From the NCBI GenBank assembly GCA_032249735.1, contig JAVVHA010000012.1:6346-70345 (forward strand): DNA of 64,000 nucleotides, in the 5' to 3' direction. A program made the translations under genes and the position numbers. A model generated the notes under the pieces. The model was not told the origin of the DNA. It did not search any database and saw only the letters and a program-made list of their open reading frames with translations. This stretch comes from Dehalococcoidia bacterium. Its GTDB lineage: Bacteria; Chloroflexota; Dehalococcoidia; SM23-28-2; HRBIN24. Below are positions 48,171-56,373 of this stretch, piece after piece (the stretch's first letter is position 1; every line of letters starts with the position of its first letter).

Positions 48171-49421
48171 CTACCCTTTGCTGGCCATGAGGGCTTCCTG
48201 ACGACGGGCCATAGCCTCCTCAAAGGAGGCGATGGTGGGCATTACCACCACGGGCTCAGGCAGGACGCCCTCTACGGCCTCCCGCGTCTTAAGGCCGGCC
48301 CCTGTGATGAATGCTACCACCGTCTCGTCCGGGGCGAAAGAGCCTGCCTGGGCCAGACGCTTGAGGGCAGCCACCACCACCCCCCCAGCCGTCTCAGCGA
48401 ATATCCCTTCTGTCTCGGCCAGGAGCCGCATCCCCTCCACGATCTCATCGTCGGACACGGCCACCCCATAGCCACCGCTCTCGTTGAGGACGCGCAGGGC
48501 GTAATAGCCGTCGGCGGGGTTGCCAATGGCCAACGATTTGGCGATGGTGTTGGGGCGCTGGGGTCGGATATCGTAGCTCTTGCGCTCCCAGGCCTCCACC
48601 ACCGGTGAGCAGCCCAAGGCCTGAGCGGCCGTCATGCGCGGTGGCCGCCACTCCACCAGGCCCAGCCAGGCCAGCTCCTTCATGCCCTTGTAGATCTTGG
48701 TGAACAGGGAGCCGCTGGCCACCGGCACCACGCAGTGATGGGGGATGCGCCAGCCCAGCTGCTCGCACACCTCGTAGCCCAGGGTCTTGGAGCCTTCAGC
48801 GTAATAGGGGCGGACGTTGATGTTAACGAAGGCCCATGGGTACCTCTCGGCCAGCTCGCTGCACAGGCGGTTGACATCATCATAGGACCCCTTCACGGCC
48901 ACCAGGGTGGGGCCATAGATGGCCGAGCCCACCACCTTGCCCACCTCCAGGTCGGCGGGGATGAAGACTAGAGCCCGCAGCCCAGCGCGGGCGGCATGAG
49001 CGGCTACGGAGTTAGCCAGGTTGCCAGTGGAGGCACAGGCCAAGGTATCGAAGCCGAACTCCCGGGCCTTGGTGGCCGCCACCGATACCACCCGGTCTTT
49101 GAAGGACCAGGTGGGGTTTACGCAATCGTTCTTAATATAGAGGTGGCGCAGCCCCAGGGCCTTGCCCAGACGGGGAGCAGGCAACAGAGGGGTGAAGCCA
49201 GCGCCGATGTCCACCGGCTCCCCTTCCACCGGCAATAGTTCGCGATAGCGCCAGATGGTGTAAGGCCCCCCCTCGATGCGGCGACGAGATATGTGCCTGC
49301 GTAGGGCCTCGTAATCGTAAGTCACTTCCAGGGGTCCGAAGCAGAACTCGCACACATATATGGGCTCCAGCGGGTACAGGCGCCCACACTCGCGACACCT
49401 CAGACTTTTGGCGAAGGACAT
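48171..49421 (-). CDS. Threonine-synthase-family PLP enzyme with an N-terminal Zn-ribbon (candidate homocysteine-forming MetM-like enzyme)
   Basis: CRECG...CEFC ribbon, SFKDR (PLP Lys), and ASTGNLANSVAAHAARAG. The ATG at 49421 has a GGAGGG RBS and lies 20 nt downstream of the riboswitch terminator. Confidence 0.85.
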   Translation of the reverse strand: MSFAKSLRCRECGRLYPLEPIYVCEFCFGPLEVTYDYEALRRHISRRRIEGGPYTIWRYRELLPVEGEPVDIGAGFTPLLPAPRLGKALGLRHLYIKNDCVNPTWSFKDRVVSVAATKAREFGFDTLACASTGNLANSVAAHAARAGLRALVFIPADLEVGKVVGSAIYGPTLVAVKGSYDDVNRLCSELAERYPWAFVNINVRPYYAEGSKTLGYEVCEQLGWRIPHHCVVPVASGSLFTKIYKGMKELAWLGLVEWRPPRMTAAQALGCSPVVEAWERKSYDIRPQRPNTIAKSLAIGNPADGYYALRVLNESGGYGVAVSDDEIVEGMRLLAETEGIFAETAGGVVVAALKRLAQAGSFAPDETVVAFITGAGLKTREAVEGVLPEPVVVMPTIASFEEAMARRQEALMASKG

Positions 49422-49442
49422 GCCCAGCCCTCCTGCTCTCCC

Positions 49443-49476
49443 AAAATACAACTTATGCGGCCCCCCCCGGGGCCGC
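49443..49476 (-). terminator. Intrinsic terminator forming the riboswitch expression platform
   Basis: Minus-strand GCGGCCCC-GGGG-GGGGCCGC hairpin followed by AUAAGUUGUAUUUUGG. Confidence 0.6.
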
Positions 49477-49571
49477 CTCGCCTTCGGTCCCCCGCCACAT
49501 CCCGCGCGCCGGCGCCCATTGCAATAAAGGAGGCCCCTTCCACTAGAGGGAAGAGGCCATATCCAGGCCAG

Positions 49572-49716
49572 CTCCCCCTTATCGTCCCCCACCTCAAGGC
49601 GGGGACGGCGTTGGCACCGCTGCACGGGCTCGGCTCAGGACCTGAAGCCCTGGCCTGACCCCGGCCGGTTGCCGGGCTTCACAGGGCCGTTCCCTCCACC
49701 TCTCTGGATAAGAGGG
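49572..49716 (-). promoter_or_regulatory. SAM-I (S-box) riboswitch aptamer
   Basis: Minus-strand CUCUUAUCCAGAGAGGUGGAGGGAACGGCCCUGUGAAGCCCGGCAACC...GGUGCCAACGCCGUCC...GAUAAGGGGGAG matches the S-box consensus (UCUUAUCnAGAG.GGnGGAGGGAnnGGCCC.AUGAAnCCCnGCAACC...GGUGCnAA...GAUAAG), with P1 closed by CUCUUAUC/GAUAAGGG. Confidence 0.85.
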
Positions 49717-49743
49717 GCCGTATTCGGTTGTCAGGGCTTTATC

Positions 49744-51060
49744 CTAGCATGCCCCCCACTGTGTGTCAACGGGCCGCGGGGCCCCCTCGCGCCCCCTTGG
49801 CAGAACTACCACGAAGGTGGCACCCCGCCCCAGCTGGCTCTCTGCCCAGATGCGGCCGCCGTGGGCCTCCACTATGGCCTTAGCGATGGCCAGCCCCAGC
49901 CCCGCCCCTCCATCCTCATCGCGGCGGCGGGCGCGGTCGGCCCGATAGAAGCGGTCGAAGATGCGGGGCAGGTCCTGGGGGTCGATGCCCACCCCTGTAT
50001 CGGCCACCTCCAGACGGGCCCTATCGCCATCGGCGGCGGCCCTCACCTCCACCCTGCCTCCCGCGGGGGTGAATTTGATGGCGTTGTCCAACAGGATGAA
50101 CAGAAGCTCCCGCAGGCGGGTGGCATCGCCCCACAGGGGGACGGCGCCCGGGGCCACCACCTCTCCTTGCAGGCCCTTCTCCTGAAGGCGGGGCGAGAGC
50201 TGACGCACGGCGTCCCGAGCCAACTGGGCCAAGTCCACCTCCTCCCTGTGCAGGGGAAGACGGCCAGCGTCGGCCCGAGCCAGGGTCAGCAGCTGGGACA
50301 CGAGGCGGGCCAGTCGCTCGCTCTCGCCGATGATATCCTCCACCTCCTGCCGGTGAGCCGAGATAGGCTCCTCGGGGTGACGTTGGAGGATCTCGGCGCT
50401 GGCCCTGATGAGGGAGAGGGGGGTCCGGAGTTCATGGGAGGCATCGGCCATGAAGGTCCGCTGGCGCTCCATAGCCTCTTTGATGGGACGGAGGGCCCGC
50501 CCGGCCAAGAAATAGCCCCCGCCTACCGACAGGAGGATGGCACCTACCCCTCCTGCCAGCAGAATCACCAGGAGGTTGTGCAGGGCAGATAGCTCAGGCT
50601 CGAGGCTCCGTCCCACCAGTAGCACCAGCCCAGGGCCCATCCCCACGGGCCGCAGATAGATACGCACCTCCTCCCCATCGTGCGACTGGACGGTCAGGAG
50701 CTTGGGCCCCCTTGCTAACACCTCCTGCGTATCCTGGGACGGGGGGAGAATGGTGGGGTCCAAGTTGCGGCTGGCGGCCAGGAGCTGCCCATGGGGCCCT
50801 AACAGGGCATACATATATGCGTAGGACCCCTCCTCTGGCCCCACCTGAACATCCCCTATGGCCTGCTGCCTCTCCAGGAGGCGTAGACGGGCATTGAGGA
50901 GGGGCAGCTCCCGTTCCGCCCGCGTGCGCAGCTCGTCGTCCACGTTCCCCAGCACCATGTGACGGACCGTGAGGTACACGGCTAGGCCCAATAGGGTCAG
51001 GGCCACCGCCAGGACTGCCGCAAACCAAAGGGCGAGGCGCCAGCGAGCGGACGCGAACAC
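49744..51060 (-). CDS. Two-component sensor histidine kinase (TM, HAMP, HisKA, HATPase)
   Basis: Two TM helices, ASHELRTPLSLI (H-box), and N, G1 and G2 boxes. Confidence 0.9.
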   Translation of the reverse strand: MFASARWRLALWFAAVLAVALTLLGLAVYLTVRHMVLGNVDDELRTRAERELPLLNARLRLLERQQAIGDVQVGPEEGSYAYMYALLGPHGQLLAASRNLDPTILPPSQDTQEVLARGPKLLTVQSHDGEEVRIYLRPVGMGPGLVLLVGRSLEPELSALHNLLVILLAGGVGAILLSVGGGYFLAGRALRPIKEAMERQRTFMADASHELRTPLSLIRASAEILQRHPEEPISAHRQEVEDIIGESERLARLVSQLLTLARADAGRLPLHREEVDLAQLARDAVRQLSPRLQEKGLQGEVVAPGAVPLWGDATRLRELLFILLDNAIKFTPAGGRVEVRAAADGDRARLEVADTGVGIDPQDLPRIFDRFYRADRARRRDEDGGAGLGLAIAKAIVEAHGGRIWAESQLGRGATFVVVLPRGREGAPRPVDTQWGAC

Positions 51061-51063
51061 TTC

Positions 51064-51735
51064 CTACTCCGATATCATGTAGCCATGGCCCCGCACAGTA
51101 TGGATGAGGGGCCTCTGGTGACCCTTGTCCACCTTGCGCCGTAGGTAGGCGATGTATACATCCACCAAGTTGGAGTCGGGGGCGAAATCGTATCCCCACA
51201 CGTGATCCAGGATCTGGGTGCGGGTGAGGACGCGGCCTGCGTTACGCATAAGCAGCTCCAAGAGGGCAAACTCCTTAGGGGAGAGCTCGATCTCGCGGCC
51301 CCCACGCCAGGCCCGGCGCCGCTGCAGGTCCAGCACCAAGTCCCCCACCTGGAGCCGATGGGGCTCCCGCGGCTGGACGCGACGGCGGGAGAGAGCCCGC
51401 AGACGGGCCAGCAGCTCCTGGAATGCAAAAGGCTTGGCAAGGTAGTCGTCGGCGCCGGCGTCCAGGCCCCGCACCTTGTCCTCCACGCTGTCCAGGGCGG
51501 TGAGCATGAGGACAGGGGTGTCCACCTTGGCCCGACGCAAGGCCTGGCACACCTCCACCCCGTTCATCTCCGGAAGCAATATGTCCAGCACGATGACATC
51601 GAAATCCCCTTCCAAGGCCAGGCGGAGGCCTTCCAGGCCATCGTAAGCTACCTCCACCCGGTGCCCCTCCTCCTCCAGGACACGGCGCACCAGCTGGACC
51701 AGGCGCCGCTCGTCCTCTACCAAGAGGACCTTCAC
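51064..51735 (-). CDS. OmpR-family response regulator
   Basis: REC domain (VLLVEDE...DVIVLDILLP) and a winged-helix output domain. Confidence 0.9.
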   Translation of the reverse strand: MKVLLVEDERRLVQLVRRVLEEEGHRVEVAYDGLEGLRLALEGDFDVIVLDILLPEMNGVEVCQALRRAKVDTPVLMLTALDSVEDKVRGLDAGADDYLAKPFAFQELLARLRALSRRRVQPREPHRLQVGDLVLDLQRRRAWRGGREIELSPKEFALLELLMRNAGRVLTRTQILDHVWGYDFAPDSNLVDVYIAYLRRKVDKGHQRPLIHTVRGHGYMISE

Positions 51736-51879
51736 GACTTCATTGTACGTCTATCACATTAAAGCTCCATGAGAGGTCTCGGGCATGGATATTGGGGGAC
51801 TCTGAGGGGCCATTAATCCTCTTTTAATGTGGAGCCCCTAACATAGGAGCTGGAAGGAAAACTGCAAGGAGGTGGAGAC

Positions 51880-52524
51880 ATGAGGAGATGGCTGCTCATC
51901 ATAGCCTTGGTGGTGGGGCTGGCTTTAGGCACCCTGGGTGGGGCCTTGGTGGCCACGGCCCAGGACCAGGGGAATGCCTCCCCCTTCAGCTTCGCCGAGA
52001 GCTTCCTGGACAAGCTGGCCCAGCGGCTGGGCATCGGCCGTGACCAACTGGAGCAAGCCATGAGGGACGCAGCCAACGATACGGTGAACGAGGCCCTGAG
52101 CCGTGGGGTCATAACCGAGGACCAGGCCCAACGGCTGCGACAGCGCATCCAGGAGACGGCCCCCCGCTTCCCCTGGGGCCCCAAGGGCTGGCATAAGGGT
52201 CCCTGGGGACACAAGTGGGGCGCCGGCCTCATCGTCCAGGCGGCTGCCGATGTCCTAGGGATGACCCCTGAGGACGTGGTGGCCCAGCTGCGGGACGGCA
52301 AGAGCCTGGCCCAGGTGGCCCAGGAGAAGGGGATGTCGGTGGAGAGCTTCAGGGCCCAACTCCTGGAGAAGGTGGGCCAGCTCATCGCCCAGCGGGCCGA
52401 CCAGCTGCGCCAGCAGATCGAGCAGAACATCGACGACATCATCAACGCCCAGGGCTTCCCACCGTGCCCTTGGCAGCCTGTTAAGCCCAGTGGGGGGAGC
52501 CAGTCCACTGCCACCCAGGCATAG
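51880..52524 (+). CDS. Secreted hypothetical protein
   Basis: A signal peptide, then an Ala/Gln-rich helical protein with KGWHKGPWGHKWG. Divergent from the two-component system. Confidence 0.5.
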   Translation: MRRWLLIIALVVGLALGTLGGALVATAQDQGNASPFSFAESFLDKLAQRLGIGRDQLEQAMRDAANDTVNEALSRGVITEDQAQRLRQRIQETAPRFPWGPKGWHKGPWGHKWGAGLIVQAAADVLGMTPEDVVAQLRDGKSLAQVAQEKGMSVESFRAQLLEKVGQLIAQRADQLRQQIEQNIDDIINAQGFPPCPWQPVKPSGGSQSTATQA

Positions 52525-52602
52525 CGGCCCGAGGCCCTATACTAAGGGGGAGAGCAGGGTGTGCCCTCCCCCTGTTTACTATCGTCAAGGGGGTCTTGAG
52601 AG

Positions 52603-53310
52603 ATGAGAAGGCTAGTAGTGGCTCTAGGAATAGCTGTGCTGGTGGTGGGCGGGGCCGTGGGTGGGGGCATCGCCTATTTCGTATCCCGCAGCGACGAGCC
52701 CGAGCTGGTGACGGAGGCCCCACCCCTTCCTAGCCCCGTGGCCACAGTGGCGCCAAGGGGCGAGGTCCTCCACCTGGTGGTGGTGCCAGAGGAGTCGGAG
52801 GCCAGTTATATAGCGCGGGAGAAACTGGCCCGCCTGCCCGTATCCACAGAGGCAGTGGGCAAGACCAAGGCCATAACGGGCGACATCTACCTCACCCGCC
52901 AGGGGCTGGCACCCCAGCCGCCATCAGTGCTGAGGGTGGACCTGCGCACCCTACAGAGCGATGAGCCCCGAAGGGACAATTACGTGCGCAATAACACCTT
53001 GGAGGCCGATAGGTACCCCTATGCTGAGTTCATCATAGAGGAGATCGTCGGCTTCCCTCTCGACTACCGAGAGGGGGAAGAGGCGGCAGTGACCCTCAAA
53101 GGCACCATGACCATCCACGGCGTCTCCCGACCCTTCAGCTTCGATGTGCGGGCCCGCTATGGAGGCGGCGTCCTCACAGGGGTAGCCCACGCCACCTTCC
53201 GGCTTACCGACTTCGGGCTCTCTCCTCCCAACATCGCAGGCATAGTCACGGTGGAGGACGAGATGCGACTACAGGTGGTGCTGACGGCCCGCCTACAGAC
53301 AGGGTCTTAG
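52603..53310 (+). CDS. YceI-like family protein (membrane-anchored)
   Basis: N-terminal TM and a YceI-like core (LRTLQSDEPRRDNYVRNNTLEADRYPYAEF). Confidence 0.7.
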   Translation: MRRLVVALGIAVLVVGGAVGGGIAYFVSRSDEPELVTEAPPLPSPVATVAPRGEVLHLVVVPEESEASYIAREKLARLPVSTEAVGKTKAITGDIYLTRQGLAPQPPSVLRVDLRTLQSDEPRRDNYVRNNTLEADRYPYAEFIIEEIVGFPLDYREGEEAAVTLKGTMTIHGVSRPFSFDVRARYGGGVLTGVAHATFRLTDFGLSPPNIAGIVTVEDEMRLQVVLTARLQTGS

Positions 53311-53978
53311 TACTTGGAGACGTTCATCTCCTCGATGCGGCCCTCCACCAGGTAGACCACACGCTCGCATATGTTGGTGGCCCGGTCGGCGATGCGCTCC
53401 AGGTTGTGGGCCACCCAGGTGAGCCACGTGGCCCGCTGGATGGTGCGGGGGTCCTGGAGCATAAAGGTCAGGAGCTCCCGGTATACCTGGTCGTATAGGG
53501 CGTCCACCTCGTCGTCGCGGTCGCAGATGGCACGGGCAGCCTGTGGGTCGCGGCGGCGGAAGGAGTCCACCGCGTCCCGCAGCATCCCCGTGGCCACCTG
53601 GGCCATACGCGGGATGTCGATATAAGGCTTGAGGGGGGGCTCATCGGCCAGGAGGATGGCCAGTTTGGCGATGCCCTCAGCATGGTCCCCCATGCGCTCC
53701 AGATCGACGATGATGTAGAGGACGGAGATGATGGTGCGTAGGTCACTGGCCATGGGCTGCTGCGTGGCGATGATCTCCAAGCACCGCTCCTCAATGGCGT
53801 ACCGCTTCTGGTTGACCTTCAGGTCATCCATGATGATTTGGTGGGCCAGCTCCTTGTCCCTCTGGATGAGAGCGCGGATGGCCCCCTCTATGGCCCCAGC
53901 CACCATCTCCGCCAGAACCACCATCTCCTCCTGGATCTCTAAAAGCTCTTGCTCGAGAAGCTTGCGTGTCATGGCCAT
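53307..53978 (-). CDS. phoU: Phosphate signalling complex protein PhoU
   Basis: Two PhoU repeats (DLERMGDHAEGIAK, LERIADRATNICE). The ATG at 53978 has a GGGGGG RBS. Confidence 0.85.
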   Translation of the reverse strand: MAMTRKLLEQELLEIQEEMVVLAEMVAGAIEGAIRALIQRDKELAHQIIMDDLKVNQKRYAIEERCLEIIATQQPMASDLRTIISVLYIIVDLERMGDHAEGIAKLAILLADEPPLKPYIDIPRMAQVATGMLRDAVDSFRRRDPQAARAICDRDDEVDALYDQVYRELLTFMLQDPRTIQRATWLTWVAHNLERIADRATNICERVVYLVEGRIEEMNVSKY

Positions 53979-54082
53979 TCCCCCCTTTTCCCAACCACAG
54001 TCCTGTAACGGAGTAGTAATATTGTCAAGTTTTCCGCCCCGCCTGTCAAGGCCCTCCGGGGAGGGGGCGATGGCAGGCTCCT

Positions 54083-55039
54083 TCACCCTAAGGAGCTAGC
54101 CCTCATCTCCCGCAAGCGGGGGGCCACCTCTGTGGCCAGCAACCGCAGATGGTCCCACAGCTCCTCCGGCCGGCAGATGGGGGAGAGCACCAGGTGCTCC
54201 GCCCCCGCTTCCAGGAAGCGGCCCAGCATGGCCGCACACTCCTCGGGGGGGCCGCAAGGGACACAGTGGCGAATGGCCTCTCGTAAGGGACGGTTGTAAA
54301 ACCCCTCCAGGTAGGTGGTAGCCAAGGCCTCCCCTTCCTCCCGTGTGCGGGCCAGCGCGATGAACACGAACAGGGCGGGGACGATGGCCTCCGCGTCCCG
54401 GCCAGCCTCCATGGCGTGGCGACGCACCTGTAAAAGGGCCTCCCGGTACCGTTGCGGGGAGAACATCCAGGGCAAAAACCCGTCCCCCATATGACCAGCG
54501 CGGCGCATGGCTGCTGGGGCGCGGCCCCCCACCCAGATGGGCGGCCCGCCGGGTCGGGCCGGCGACGGCTGGAGACGGAATGACTCCAGCCTGTACCCTG
54601 GGCCCGCATGTGTCACTTCCTCCCCTCGCCACAGACGGCGCAGCACCGTGATGGCGTCGTCTGCCCTTTTACCCCTCTCCCTGAGGGGGACGCCACAGGC
54701 TGCCAGTTCCCAGGGGAACTCGCCCCCCACGCCCACCCCCAGGATGAGCCTTCCCTCAGAGAGAAGGTCCACCGTGGCAGCCTCTTTGGCCACCATGGCC
54801 GGCGGCCTCAGGGGCAGGATGACGACGCCCGCCCCCAGGAGGACCCGTCGGGTGACAGCCGCCAGGGCAGCCAACACCGTGAAGGCATCGAAGACGGCCC
54901 CATAACGGGGGACGTACAGATGGTCGCCCGTCCACAAGGAATCGAACCCCAACTCCTCCAGCTGGGGCAGACGCTCCCGCTCCCGCAAGAGCCGATCGAG
55001 GAAGAAGAAGAGGTTGACACCCACCTGCACGCCAGGCAC
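54083..55039 (-). CDS. LLM-class (luciferase-like) flavin/F420-dependent oxidoreductase
   Basis: A TIM-barrel LLM signature (GFDSLWTGDHL, RLILGVGVGG). Confidence 0.8.
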   Translation of the reverse strand: MPGVQVGVNLFFFLDRLLRERERLPQLEELGFDSLWTGDHLYVPRYGAVFDAFTVLAALAAVTRRVLLGAGVVILPLRPPAMVAKEAATVDLLSEGRLILGVGVGGEFPWELAACGVPLRERGKRADDAITVLRRLWRGEEVTHAGPGYRLESFRLQPSPARPGGPPIWVGGRAPAAMRRAGHMGDGFLPWMFSPQRYREALLQVRRHAMEAGRDAEAIVPALFVFIALARTREEGEALATTYLEGFYNRPLREAIRHCVPCGPPEECAAMLGRFLEAGAEHLVLSPICRPEELWDHLRLLATEVAPRLREMRASSLG

Positions 55040-55045
55040 ACTGCC

Positions 55046-55927
55046 CTACCCATTGCCCTCTTGGGACCCTTGCAGGGCCCGTCGCCATGCCTCCACCTCT
55101 GCCCGCCGGATACGCCAGAACTGGGGCCGCCTCTTCTCCAGGAAGGCCTGGGGGCCTTCCCGCGCCTCCCCTCGCTCGAAGAAGTCGTGGTGGAGCCAGT
55201 TGACGATGGTGCCCAACTGAGGCATGGTGTCCAGCTCCCAGTCGAAGGAGGCCTTAAGCACCTCCAGACAGCTGGGGGAGAGGGAGAGGAGCTCCTCGCA
55301 CCAACGGTCCACCTCCTCCTCCAGCCTCTCCAGGGGGACGACGCGGTTCACCAGCCCCATGGCCAGGGCCTGGCTGGCGTCGTAACGGCGGCAGAGCATC
55401 CACATCTCGCGGGCCCGCTTGGCCCCCACCACCCGTACCAGATAGGGCATGATATAGCCATCGGCGGGGCTGGCCACGCGGGGGCCGTTCTGGCCGAAGA
55501 TGGCGTTGTCGGCAGCGATGGTAAAGTCGCAACAATAGGCCAAATGGTTGCTGCCGCCGATGCAGTACCCTTTGACCATGGCGATGACCGGCTTGCGGCA
55601 CATGCGCACCAGCCGGTTGGGAGCATAGCGCCAGTAGAACTGTTCCCTCAGACCCCACTGCTCCCACTCCACGTCCCCGCCCACGCCGAAGTGGTCACCA
55701 ACGCCACTCAGCACCACCACGCCGATCATGGGGTCGTGGCTGGCGTCGTAGAAGGCGCGGAACATCTCATCCATGGTGTGGGCGGTGAAGGCGTTGAGGC
55801 GGTGGGGGCGGTTTACCAGGACCCTGGCTACTCCCCCCTCCAACTCGGTGTGGAACTTCTTTTCATAGATGATGTCGGTGAAGTCCATCCCCTCACCGGT
55901 CACCCTTTGCCATTCCGTCCAGCCCAT
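55046..55927 (-). CDS. Crotonase-fold enzyme of the MenB (1,4-dihydroxy-2-naphthoyl-CoA synthase) / BadI subfamily
   Basis: VLVNRPHRLNAF and GYCIGGSNHLAYCCDFTIAADNAIFGQNGPRVASPADG resemble the MenB active-site region. Confidence 0.7.
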   Translation of the reverse strand: MGWTEWQRVTGEGMDFTDIIYEKKFHTELEGGVARVLVNRPHRLNAFTAHTMDEMFRAFYDASHDPMIGVVVLSGVGDHFGVGGDVEWEQWGLREQFYWRYAPNRLVRMCRKPVIAMVKGYCIGGSNHLAYCCDFTIAADNAIFGQNGPRVASPADGYIMPYLVRVVGAKRAREMWMLCRRYDASQALAMGLVNRVVPLERLEEEVDRWCEELLSLSPSCLEVLKASFDWELDTMPQLGTIVNWLHHDFFERGEAREGPQAFLEKRRPQFWRIRRAEVEAWRRALQGSQEGNG

Positions 55928-55940
55928 GCTCGCACCTCCA

Positions 55941-56363
55941 TCAAAGGCTTCCTATGATACGCGTGGGCCCCTGTAGCCAGCCGAGAAGCATCTCCTCCGT
56001 GGCCAACTCAAGCCCCCTCATCTCCGGCATCCCCAGCAGGCGGCTCCAGATGGGACAGGCGTAGAGGGCCACCCCCTCTTGCTGAGCCTGTTGCAGGAGG
56101 GACCGCACGTCCACCTGGCGCCCTTCCCCCCTGCCCATGATGGGCAGGCCCAAATCGCGGGCAGCATCGGCCAGGCGCCACCTGGTCTCCTGGCCCTGTA
56201 GCTCCACGGGCCAGCGGAAGAAGCCATCGGCCACTGCCTTTAACGCCTCCTGGGTGAAGAGAACCCCCACCTTCTGGCCGGAGCGCCTAGCGGCCATGGC
56301 CGCTAGGAGAGTCCCCATTAGTGAGCTGGCCACGGCATCGCGACATATGAACAACAGGTCCAT
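55941..56363 (-). CDS. Hypothetical protein, possibly DsrE/DsrF-like
   Basis: 140 aa with an MDLLFICRD N-terminus. A weak resemblance only. Confidence 0.4.
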   Translation of the reverse strand: MDLLFICRDAVASSLMGTLLAAMAARRSGQKVGVLFTQEALKAVADGFFRWPVELQGQETRWRLADAARDLGLPIMGRGEGRQVDVRSLLQQAQQEGVALYACPIWSRLLGMPEMRGLELATEEMLLGWLQGPTRIIGSL

Positions 56364-56373
56364 AGCTCCCTCC

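Noticed and set aside
48171-49421. Calling the ThrC-like gene simply thrC (threonine synthase)
   Set aside because: Not rejected outright, but judged less likely. SAM-riboswitch control and coupling to a sulfur carrier and a NIL domain argue for a homocysteine-forming role. This remains to be tested.
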